Shown: in pieces, positions 37,508 through 49,845 of the stretch | Position numbering within the stretch: the first letter of the stretch is position 1 | Layout of the letters: each line of letters starts with the position of its first letter | DNA from: Hydrolagus colliei | Lineage: Eukaryota | NCBI GenBank assembly: GCA_035084275.1 | Contig: CM068748.1 | Location: 14,322,001-14,386,000 of the forward strand | DNA length: 64,000 bases | Direction of reading: 5' to 3' | Program-made: the position numbers and the translations under genes | The notes under the pieces: model-generated | What the model was told of the DNA's origin: nothing | Database searches by the model: none | Seen by the model: the letters and a program-made list of their open reading frames with translations, nothing else

Positions 37508-38913
37508 CTACCACAGAAATGGAATGTAAATGAAAGCAGTCTCTTCCTGTGCAACACAGATTTGCTGGTGCAACCTCATGCCTTACAAATTGGTATAGCT
37601 AAAAGGATGGAATAAACTGTGTTTGTGTAAAGTCTCTTATGTCTTGGCTTGTTTGCCAGTTTCCTGGGTTTTTGGGAGGAAATTAAACTTCAGACTAATA
37701 CTGTAATTAGTGCTTCGGATCCTTTCCTGGGTGTTTTATGTACTACATAATATTGCTTTGGATTGTGTTTCAGGAATGATTTACAAATGGCACGAACAAC
37801 TGTTCAAAGAACATTATTTTTCCAAATCTCATTGAGGAATGAGAATTGAGAGAAGAAAAAGAATCTTGAAGAGATCACTTAGAAACTGTGGATTTACTGA
37901 TATCACAATGAAAAATCCACTTGTCCACTTCAGATTACTGGCTGCAATGTGTTATAAAAACAGTGTAAGTAGTTTTTTGTTCTAACCTCATAACTCTCCA
38001 TTGTTTTCCCTCAGTGAAAGCACCTTGAATGACAGCTAGAGACAGATGTGCAGCAGTGCTGGGTGAACCATTATAAAGTGTTATGTGTGGTTACAACAAC
38101 TAGAACTTCTAGAGTGTCCTTCACATAGATTAACAGCTCAGAGTTTACTGAGCAGAAGGAACGAGCAGGAGAGGTGAAGCTAAAGAAGGTCACAGAGGTA
38201 GTGGTGGTGTGAAGGGATTGGTAATTGAGAAGTAGGTAGCATATTCTTGAAGTCATATGATAATCATTCATAAACTTGACATTTGATTCAGAACTACTTA
38301 TACTGTAACAAGTGTTACATTTTAGGCATCTTGTGTCACTAGTGCTCCTAAGAAACTGTCATAAAAAACAGGTAAAAGAATTCCACTTGTTCAATATCTG
38401 TTGCATTGGCTACAACCCCAGGTACTTTTCTAAAGCTTTTTTTCTGTCCTAAAGTGGAGTGTTTCCGTTTTTAACTTTTATATTTGACAAATTTTGCCAC
38501 AGTGTCAAGATTGCACCGTGTGAGAAGTGAGAAGCTGTTTTCTGAGCAGTAACGATAACATTCATAAAAAAAAAGGTAGAACTGTAGATCCGCAATGTGA
38601 ATAGATTAACAGTTCACACTTTGAATTCAGAGGTGAGGTATAATAACTGATGCACAAATGCGGTTCACTGGAATAACAGCTGGGAGAGGTCTTGACATCT
38701 GTGCGTGACAGCAAGCTTCCTGACTGCCCTGCAATAGACCTAGAAGTACTTCACATTTCAGAATATATTTAGGCTTTGTTGAAACATAAGAAGCACAGAG
38801 ATACAGTACTTCTCTATGGATTGCAAAATCTGGATCTCATTATAAAGGCAACACAATCAAAGACACAATCCAGCCACAAAAGCATGGGATTTCACAAGCG
38901 AATAAGAACACTA

Positions 38914-39132
<219 letters not shown>

Positions 39133-39300
39133 TTAACAAAGATTATACTTTATGGTTACACTAGCAGATGCTACCTAGTAAGGTCGAGGCTGGTAATTAT
39201 TTCATATGTATGCAGGTGGGACTCAACACTCCAGAGAATCGGTTGATCCTTGTAATCTTGTCCACCAGATATATTAAATTATATTAGCTTCTTGACTTAA

Positions 39301-39430
39301 CTGCTGTGCGCAATTGGCTGCTGCGTTTCACCCAAATATACAGTCAATTCACTTTACAGCATATTCTGTGAAGCACTTTGAAACATCTAGAAGATATGAA
39401 AAGCGCTATATCAAATGCAAGGATTATTAT
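39301..39430 (+). mobile_element. SINE 3' tail fragment (similar copies at about 51027-51140 +, 46251-46370 -, 15380-15440 -, 29632-29715 -)
   Basis: GCTGTGCGCAATTGGCTGCTGCGTTTC...TGAAAAGCGCTATATCAAATGCAAGGATTATTAT; similar to the tail of the 7411-7720 copy. Confidence 0.85.
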
Positions 39431-40001
39431 TTCCCTCCCTTCCAATTTCTAGCTTTAAGAGTGTAACAGTTGCTTTAACTTGATTTCAATTGATATTACA
39501 CTACATTACTCCTACCCATGTAGCCTTTCCCACTAGACTCTCTCTTTGTTTGGGTCACTGAGCAGGCTGGGTTGTAGACATCTGTATGGTTACACCACAC
39601 AGGTCTCTGCCACCAAGGCTCAGTCAAAAACTGGCGATACTCAGCCAACAAGAGCAATTGACTGCGCTGTCATTCATTGAGATTATGATTTGAACTCCAA
39701 ATTAGAGCTTGGAAAGTTAGAACAGAGATCAGAGTATTTATTTAAGCGAAAGCGGTAAAATGCAGTGAAATGGTATAACACGTTTCAAGATCTAAAAATA
39801 CTCTGTTTCCTATTTAAACTCAAAGCTTCAAAGTTTGAAGCTTTTTTTTTAATTGTTACTTTTCTGGAGGGTTACTGTTAAATCCAATTTATTAAACATC
39901 TGTGTTTTTGCAATCCACCACTCAGTGTTTTAAACATTTTGTCTTTAGATTTTCATGAAATTTAGCCCCAAAGATTAATTCCAATGAGTTTAACTTTTCT
40001 A

Positions 40002-40124
<123 letters not shown>

Positions 40125-43100
40125 TTACTGAAACAGTCCTCTGCAAAGATGCTTTCTTCCATACATTCATCTTTCTGCAGGCATTTCAAGATTGCAGCAC
40201 AATTACTATTATACATCATACGAATTGTAGCAAGTGTATCCCCTCTCATGGAAAATAAAAGGGAAACATAAATAATTGCGCCATTTGACTGAAAATGATC
40301 TGAGGGTGATTGTGATCAAGGAAAGCTCTTATACTCTGTTGAGAGATATATTGGGAGGAATTCATATCTATGGGACAATGCTCTGCTACTCTGTTAGCCT
40401 ACAAAATAAACATTTTCTCCAATTCACAGTAAATTCTATTAAGTGCTTTAACACATCAGCATCAACTTATTTTTTATTGAACACTCTTCACCTTCACATA
40501 GGTTTAATATCTTAGAACACTTTAGTAAGATGGCCTCCTGTCTTAAAAATGCTATATCCAATGAAGGGATTATTAGTTGTTATTATTTGGAAGTCAAATA
40601 AAAATCATGTAGGTTTCCAAGACAAGGATTAGGGCTCCAACCTGCCTTGATGGCAAGAGAGACCTGATACAGGAAGACTTTAAGAGGGTGAAAACAAGAA
40701 ATAACTGTACATACAAGCTGGAGTTAGAGGGGATCAATCTTACAAGTAGTGGCTGGAATAGTTAAATACATTGATTCATGAAAGAGGATAAATGGATTAT
40801 ATTTACACTAATTTTTCTGGATTTGTCAGCCGGGTGCCTGACACATGAGGAAGCCCATCACCATAGTTAAGAGTATTGAAGCTCTTAAGAATAGTGATGG
40901 GGTTTCTTCATGCATCAGACACTCGGATGACCAAAAACAATTATACAGTGCCTTTCACATCGGGAAGACATTTCAAAGTGTTTAACACTGATAGATACCT
41001 AAGCTGGGTGGGGAGTGGAAAGATAACCGAAAGTGTGATCAAAGATTTGTATCTTGAGTTGTGCCTTGAATGAGAGGTGGGAGGGAGCTGGATGGACTCT
41101 GGGATAGAATTGTAGAGTATAGTTTATAAGGAGCCTGGCTAACCTTGTAAGTACTTTGAAGCTATTCATCACCAATAGAGTCTACAATGCCATTATATGA
41201 TATATGTGCAAAGCCTCAAAGCATGAGTAATAATTGTAATAACAGCTGCCATCAAGCTGTTATGGGGATTGTTAAATATTAATCAAATAAGTTTAGAGAT
41301 GAGTGCATTGAAGTGAAGAAAAAAGGCAGAGAAATTGTGATTTCGCATTTATATAGGGTACTTGGTCTTTAATCTGTATTTATTCATCCAGATTAGCCCA
41401 GACTGCGTAGAGCACAGAGCTGGCTCAGTGATATTCAGACTGCATCATTTCCAAATTGGCCCCAAGATGAAGACTATCCCAGATTTTTTTTTTATCTGCA
41501 GCTAAGATATTCAAGTCTAGGGTTTTTTACTTTTATTATAGTCTATAACATGCTTTCCTTTTTCTTATTATAATTGCTCTGTTGACAGGAAGCAAAGGCA
41601 GAGTGCTTTACATTCCCATTCTGGACATGCAAAGCAATGACTATATATAACCCAGAGGGCATGACATCTAATACATAAACAAGAATGCTGGGGATTAATT
41701 TAATGTGATCAATGATTGTGCTTAAGGTGAAGACCGACAAGGCTTGACCAGAAAAAATTCAATGGCAGCCTCATGAACTGGTATGGTATATTATCTATTA
41801 CATCCTCATACCTCCACCTTATTTACCAATTCCTCTAACCCTGGAGATGAGCCTTGTTTCTCTCCTCTGCTTCAAATTGATAAGTGACACCTGAGAAGTG
41901 TGCAGTACTTCAGGTGAACAGAAAGTACTGTGCAGCTCCAGAATAATTTCTGTGGATTTGAATTCAACTCATTTGGTGTTACAGCCAAACATCCTGTGCA
42001 CAGTAGTTAATGTGAATTATCCACTGCGTAGACCTGACCAATTGACCAATTGGGAGCTTTTCAAAAGCTCAGTTGAATAGACAAGAATTGTTTAATGTAA
42101 CACAGTAGTTTGATACTGGGAAACAGGTGAATTTCTACTGTAACCACCAATGATTATGAAATACCCCCTAACAAGATACTGTACTAGGTAAGCTATGATA
42201 CTGTTGACTGTAAAGGTCAAGGCCAGTAGCATTTTTGAGAGAAAAAAAAGGCAGTGCAAACTTGTCCAAATCATACCAGACTAGAATTATTCTGAGATAA
42301 GTATCATTTGAGCCAAACGTCAAAAAGCACTTCCAGTATAAGATCTCACCCTTCATAGCGCCAATCAGCTGCATGGCCTCTTTGGCTTTGATTTTTGTGA
42401 TGCACTCATTGTATCTGCTCAGTGGTCACTTTATAAAGAATTACTGTTGACAATTCAGCTCTGAAGTATTGGATTACGTTTAATCTTAACATGTTATTTG
42501 CTGGTGTTTCTTTTAGATCAGGGAACAGAAAAATAAACTAAAGTGAGGTTGTGTGTCAATCTAGTAATAATGTATTTGTTTGTTCTGCTGCATAACTGGT
42601 GCAGTGAATGGACACTTTCATCTGCTCAGGCTGGGCTACATTTGAATTCCCATCCAGGGGATGTAAAGCAAGGGTTCTAACCCGCAGTGAGCTCCCTATA
42701 TATATGACCTATATATATGAGGCAGAAAGACTGTATCTATGTAAGTAGGGTACAGCTATGTTTCACTCCCTTTTGAACCACTACATTTGCTTACGGTAAA
42801 TAGGTATTTGTTGAATCTTTGTGACCAATAATGAAAAGTTATACTTTAAAAAACAAACAAGGCTGATAAATAACTGTGGTTAATTGGCTCTGGTGTGGGA
42901 TTGATCTGGTTATTTAGTTCAGGTGTTGGGAAACTTTTCACCTGTTACCAGTTGCTGTCGGCATATTGACAGATGTACCATAATGCCAGAGCATGCTGTG
43001 ACCAGAAAAAGGCGAACAACATCTAGGAAATGTGGCAGGTACTGTCAGCAAAATTCAAAGTATTGCTTCCCTTTTAATTTACACCCCACTGGTTATGAGA

Positions 43101-43414
43101 GAAATAGTGGGCTTGTTTAGTTATGTTGATCAGAAGGGCAGGTTTAATCTCTCAATAGAGATACTACCATATTAAGTGTATCATATGTTTCCCTTTCTTC
43201 AGCTAATGCTGAATGATTCTGTGATTAATGTGTTCATTAATATCTCTAAATATATTGGTGATTTGAGACATATGTAATCAATTGCACCTGTTAGGATTTG
43301 GTTGTGACTAGCTTGGAAGAGGAGACAAAGGATTGTGTATAAACAGCAAAGTGTTTTCAGTTTATATCAGCGATCTTCTCACGGAGATATGGTCTGTAGC
43401 TGGAGAGGGAGCTG

Positions 43415-43951
43415 TGTTACGTTTGTTTTTGCACAGGAACCATCTTGCAAAGGACAATAGGTGAAGGGTCACCTGATGAGTTGAATAAAAAGGAGAAATC
43501 GAGGAAGAAGAAAGGAGAAATTGGAACTTGGGAGTCGCGAATCCATGTTTCAGCTTCGGAAGAAGAGATCAAGACTATGAGTGGAGCAACTCTAGATGTA
43601 CATTGGTACGTGGATATCGAACTGGGAATGGCACAATAATACCTGCATACTTGGAAATCGAACTGAAAACTGTACAACAATACTTGGATACCGTTTGATG
43701 GACTTCTATTTGGATTAATCTGGACATTAAATTGTACCTTGCTACTTTACCTCCCACGGCATTTGGGTTGACCAACTTAAATCATTGTGAACTATGCGTT
43801 GATACGTAAGCATTGTTGTGATAAATACTTTTAATTTCTTATAATTATTACTAACCCGAATTAATAAACATGCATATTAATTGTACAACATTTGTATCAG
43901 TCCTTACTTCACACAGTTCTTTTCCACACAGTTCATATCGAAGATGTGACA
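43415..43951 (+). mobile_element. Possible solo LTR
   Basis: Starts TGTTAC and ends GTGACA; AATAAA near 43863; more CpG than the flanks. No TSD found. Confidence 0.4.
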
Positions 43952-44739
43952 CGAAAAACCAGTCCACACTTATAGGATTCCCCTGACTTTCTGATAAATA
44001 AATGTAACCCCTAAGTACAGTACTAAGCAAACAGACCAGTATCTTTCAGATTTGATTTCTGGCCTAATGTGGAGTTCACTACAGGGGTATGTGGAAAAGT
44101 GGAGGTAAATGGGAATCAAAAGATTGCTCTTTAAAGATCTGGCACATACAAGATGGGTTGAATGAACTTCTTTAATGCTGTAAATTTCTATGGTTCACTA
44201 ATCTCAGTTGGGGTACTAGAAATGGCCTTCACAGCCCAGCCTCGGGAAGGGGAAAATCAATCAGGGTTCCAAATCTTGATTGCTAACCTGCAGCAAATTC
44301 ATGAAATGTGCCTTAAAAAACTTCTGGTGCACCTTCAAAAATTCTGAAATTTACATTGAATTAGTATCAATGTTCTCCATTTCCGTATTAATATTTAATT
44401 CAATTGCAAATATAATGAAACGATTAACTCTGCAGTGAAGGGGGTCAAATAATCCATATATCCAATTATTTAATTTGCTTTTGTATAAGGAAATTATTGA
44501 GTGATTTTCTTTCATCAATCTTTTCAAGTATAATGTAAAGCTTTCTCTCATTTTTTTTCTTTGGCAGTAGAGATTTATTTTTCTACAATGGAACCTTGAA
44601 TAGGAAAGATCTGTGGGTTATTCAATCACTCCGTTGCCGTGGTCACTGGTTTATGTTTGTAATTTACTTAAACAGCTGTAAATGGTTATTTCAACTCTAT
44701 CGCTTGTTAGATATGACTCCATTGCATACCAGAGAACTG

Positions 44740-45100
44740 ACTGGATGACTGGGGTTACAGTTTGGCTGGAAGGATTCCATAAGCATTGACTAACACATCC
44801 GGGATCTCAATCCAGTTCAGACTGATGGCCATCACTGCTAACTGTAAGGGGCCTGGCAAATTGAATCTAAGAAATCTTGACTCAGTTCTCAGTAAGTGAT
44901 ATACAAAACTACTCATAGTTTGAATCTAGTTGGCAGTGAGCTCACAAGAATGGCTGTGGTAGGAACTAGGACACATCAGTTGGGTACACGGTAGGTTAAT
45001 GCACACTTCAGGTAAGGATCACATTAGTTTAGGCTCCTATACCCAGTGCTGGCACTGGAAAAGTGTTCCTTTCTCCCAGCACTGATATCTAAGGTACTTA
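44740..45100 (+). mobile_element. Highly diverged LF-SINE-like element (related pieces at about 27280-27480 - and 11000-11115 -)
   Basis: AATCCAGTTCAGACTGATGG...CTGTAAGGGGCCT...CTCAGTTCTCAGT...ACAAAACT...TAGTTGGCA resembles the LF-SINE head and body; weak, from memory of the consensus. Confidence 0.35.
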
Positions 45101-45622
45101 CTGCTGGAATAACAGCCCCCAAAATGCATCTGTCACCTACTTTAATCAGTTCTCAATCCAAGATAAAGGCTTACAAGCATTTTCATTACATCTGTCATTG
45201 AGAGCTAAGGAACTTGTCTTGCAAACTTTCATAAAATGGCCAGGATTAAACAACCCATTGAATACACTGCAGGAGGATATTAGTTGATTATAAGATATGT
45301 TTGTGACAGACAAAGTCTGTGGTATTGGTGACCTTTGATTCAGACAGGATATGAGGCATATTGTGAGCTTATTGCTTATTCAGAACATAGGTATTCATAA
45401 TTGCTTCAATGCATTTTTTTAACTTGTTGTTTCCTTGTACTCGAAGAAATACAATTAGTTCATATTTCTTTCCCCAGAGAGATGGTCAGTATACAATGTT
45501 AATTTAATAAGCTACATAAATGATGTATGATATTATGCGAACATAACGCTTCTGTAAACCTCAGAGGCCTGCAATTTGGTTTGATCTGGTTTTGAAAACA
45601 TACAAAATCCTTTGTGACTTAC

Positions 45623-45725
45623 CAAACCATGCCTGCTGATCTCCTTGAACTTCGATTGCCAATCCAAAATCTGCCAACTTTACTGCTGCACTCTTACATT
45701 TACTGGCAAGTAGCAGGTTCTCTGG
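45623..45725 (-). CDS. CAMK2G: Kinase exon 7-equivalent (103 nt): [34 protein letters not shown] (DFG)
   Basis: ccaccag|CCA GAG ... TTT G|gtaagt; canonical 103 nt. Confidence 0.97.
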
Positions 45726-45861
45726 CTGGTGGCAAAGCAACATAATTATGGGAAAATAAATAAATTAACAGGCACAATTCAGAGTAAGAAAGTATCCCTT
45801 ACTTGGAATTAGGATTAACCCTAAAACAAACCAGCTATATACCCAGAGCTGACAACAACTT

Positions 45862-46120
45862 AAGATAGGAACAGGAGTAGGCCATTCAGCCGATCCAGCC
45901 TCTTCCGCCATTTAATTAGATTCATGGCTGATCTGTATCTTTACTAATCCTTTCAATTCCAATTTCCCATTTTCTCCCCGTATCCATTAATATGCCGACC
46001 TACCAAAAATTTATCAACCTCACTCTTGAAGGTGTGGGTGGATCCAGCATCCACACGACCTTTTGGGGTAGAGAATTCTACATTTCTACCACCCTTTGAG
46101 TGAAAAAATGCTTCCTAAAG
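45862..46120 (-). mobile_element. CR1 LINE 3' fragment
   Basis: Plus strand ATAGGAACAGGAGTAGGCCATTCAGCC...CATGGCTGATCTG...GGGGTAGAGAATTCTACATT...ACCACCCTTTGAGTGAAAAAA is the reverse complement of a typical CR1 ORF2 end and 3' UTR. Confidence 0.75.
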
Positions 46121-48136
46121 TTCATGAACAACAAGTAATCTTTCAACCTACATGCAAAACATTAGCAAACGTTATTTGATCTTTAATCAGAATTTTTTGT
46201 AGTTCTTGAATTTGTTGGCTTTTATTTTTGCCTTTCTTATATTGGTCTACAATAATAATGATAATAATAGTAGTCCTTGCATTTGATATAGTGCCTTTTC
46301 ACATAGTTGAGATGCCTCAAAGCGCTTCACAGAATGCACTGTAAAGTGGATTGATTGTGTTTTATGGGCAAATACAAATACAGTCAAATGTCAAATACTA
46401 TATCAAATGCAAGGAATTATTGTTTATTGTCTATTTCCCCTTTGTTTAACGTCTTAATAATATTTCTCTTTGCAATCTCCTTGGCTGTTTGTCTGCCTCA
46501 CGTTATGTATTTGATTAGCTGACCCTAACTATCTTTCTGTTCGGCCCCTCCCTCCATGAGTTAATGCACACCACAAGCTCAGCCCTATCATTTAGTTTCA
46601 ATCTTAATATGCGATCTGTAGAGCTAACAGTTACACATGTCAATTTTGTGGTTGCAGTACAATCTGAGGCATTATTAGAATGGGATTTAGGGAGAGGGCA
46701 GTCAAGAATCTTTATGACTCAAACAATTTTTTTTAATGATGGTTCAAAAAAAACATAGCTTGTCTTCACTGAGTGTCGGTAAATTTAATGACTGGTGCAA
46801 CTCCTACTCCATTGACTTTTATAAACACAAACTTTCCTAGCGGCTGTCATTGCAAATCCCTCATACAACAAGGTAAAATTCAATGCATGAAAATCAAAGC
46901 ATGTACAAAACTAGCATTTGAGATAATAATAATAATATGCACCTACTCGTACCTTTTCTTAAAAAAAACTATGTATAGCCCTTGGTATTATTCGAGAGAT
47001 CATTGGTATAATTTCTTCCAATATTATATATGAACAAAATAATTTGTGGTTTGAAACTCCTGATTGTCAGCTTCACAGATTAATTCTCAGGTTCATTTTT
47101 GTTTTCTTAAACTGTGGTACTGCATATATTTTATATCTACAAATTGGGCTTTGAAAACAAGTATTAGCATCATTTAAAAGCTATGTGAACAATCTATAAA
47201 TGTACATTTCCCCACTTCTCAGCGCAGTCCTCCAAGTGTCAATCACCATTCCTAAGAGAGGTGGGGGCAGTGGCCTACCCTTAGAGCCAGTCAATACTAC
47301 TGTTCTCTGTAACCTGCTGAGGGTGTTTCAGGATAGAACTGAAAGCTTATAGCCTTAGAGGGGCTGGGTTCTATTATTGGGCTATATGATGTTTGCTGAT
47401 TGTAGCCAGACAGAGTTAGATGTGTAATTTAGCTTCATTGGTACCAAGCTAAAATAACTTAGGGCTGCTACTCCTGAACTCTGCACCCCCTCCCCTCCTC
47501 CCACTCGAAAATATGTACAGTCTGAGAACAGCTCAGGCTCATCTGAAATTTACAGTGTAAATTAACACCTGAACAATGGCCAATTGGGTGAGTAATTCAT
47601 GGAGTGACCTGACAAAAACTAACAAAAGTCCCCAGGGAGTTTGGGGAGAGAAGGTTGATGACATCTTATATTTAAGGGGGTTCGGGAGGCAGAGCCAAAA
47701 ATAATTCTTAAATAAAATAAATCATATTTGGGAATTCACAAAAGTGATATTAACTGTTTTAATACTACAACTATCAAGTTAGATTAAATAATAATTCATT
47801 TTTATATTCATAAACAGACATCCATTATACATTTAATACAACAAGTCACACACACTGAAACAACACTTGCTTCAGTGATGGACTTACAGCACAATATAAC
47901 CTATTTCACACAAACACAACATCTAACTAACCCTTTGAGCACCAACAGAATACCAATTGGTCCAATTATTTAAAAATCATTGTTTTGTTGCCGGTTTTCT
48001 GACTCTCTTCTCATGAAGGTCAAGGGCAAGCATCCTTGGGTATCCCGTCCAAGTGAGCACTCTTCATGTGGGAGTCAAGACAATCATTGTGGGCAGGCTG
48101 TTTGACAGCATTGCAGCCTAAGCCAACTCTCACCCG

Positions 48137-48258
48137 AGGCCTGAAATCTTGGTTGGTATTCTCTCACAGTTTAGGCAACATGGGAATAATGTCGGAAAAT
48201 TCCATTCCAGGCCAATAGCAATGTTGCTACACAGAACTCCAACGTAAATTTCAGCCCT
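48137..48258. mobile_element. Short MITE-like insertion
   Basis: Imperfect inverted ends AGGCCTGAAAT / ATTTCAGCCCT (10/11 match). Confidence 0.35.
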
Positions 48259-49772
48259 ACGCTGTCCACATTAATATATACTTTCAGTATGGATTGATAC
48301 GATTTTGCTTATCTAACCTGGTTGCTGAAATTTAGTGAACCCAAATGCTACCTCAGCTGAGATTTGTTAATTCAGCACAGTCCAGGATTTGTGAATTTTG
48401 AATCTCCAAAAGATAAATGAGAGAAATCAGCATAAACTATAGGTCATTGGTGCCGCTTCAGTTCACAAAGGGTTAATGTACAATGGCTTTGCAAACTATA
48501 CTGGATGCAAAGCCAGGACACACACACTAGGTGGCACAGGAGATAAGCATTTGACAAAAAGTTTAAATAGTACAGTGCAGTACTGTATTGGCACAGCAGG
48601 AGCAGGAGAGGAATGAGCCAGCAAAAGCATCTCACCATTCTCAATGACAATCCGTGTTTAACATTCTCAAATTGTATTACTGCAGTTTAGAAACAAAACA
48701 GTGTGAAGACATTTCACCGAAGGCAGACTTTGGAGAAGAAATTTAACTAACGTTCTTTTTTAAAAAAAACATCAAATAATGGATGTTACAATTATTTCGG
48801 TTCTCTCAGAACCCTGGGTTGGATGGTGGCATTATGATTTAAGATGGAAAGGTTTTCTCTCACAAAGCTGTTTTTATGGAAAAGCAAATGTTTTCACTTT
48901 TTCAAAACAAAACTTGCCAACAGCACTGGCAGAATATCCACATAAGCTAATGTGTTTTTTGGTCTACTGTTGCTGACTTTTTTTTAAACTGCGTATATAT
49001 ACTATTACTTAAGCACTTCAGATTGCTTTGCTGTTTTCTTGAGAACTTCAATTCTCTAAATTTTCTCAACTCTCTCACTTGAGTAAAAACCTTGTTGCAT
49101 TAAGAAATAGTGAAAGATTCTAGTAGATTGCAAATCAAAATTTGAATGGTATTCAATGCTTGTTTAGAAACAAAAATAAGGCTCTTAGTTGACAGAAAAA
49201 TGATTGTGCTCCAATTATGTCAATAGAGGGATGGGGTAAGATTAATTCGGACTTGGTCCAGACACGTGCGAAGTTTAAAGAACTCACACGTGGCAGTGTG
49301 AGTAAATAAAAAGCCAGGCTTCAGTGCTGCCCTTGGCACAGCTGGCATGACTGTCAAATAACTAGGCTGCCAGGAGATATAAAACATGACAGACCTCAGA
49401 GGAGTTTTGCCCTCCCCAACTCAGAAGGGATGGTGACAGCAACTTGTGATTTATACTGTTAATTGTTACAGTTGCTGTTGTAGCAGGAAATAAAAGCCAG
49501 CCTGACATGCGAGCCACTCGGACCATTCTTATTGATTTGGCAGAGGCAATGGCCAACAGGAATGTGCTCTAGGTGAATGAGGCCAATGATAATGGTCAGT
49601 TGTCTGTCATGAAGTATATCTCTTGGGGCTTTGGGATAGTAGAGATACTTAGGCAGGAAATCTCGAGTAAAGGATTCTTAACAGCAGGTCTTGGACAACA
49701 TGCAATAAGTTTACAGTGCTCCTGTATGAGATGACTGGATTCTCATGCCTTTGTTAGTAGAGAGATACTGAC

Positions 49773-49845
49773 CTTGAGGTCCCTGTGCACTATGTCATGT
49801 TGGTGAATGTGATTAACGCTTTCTAGGATCTGATGAATGCATTGA
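49773..49845 (-). CDS. CAMK2G: Kinase exon 6-equivalent (73 nt): [24 protein letters not shown] (catalytic HRD)
   Basis: ttttgcag|T CAA ... CTC AAG|gtcagt; lies within ORF 49743..49961; canonical 73 nt. Confidence 0.97.
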
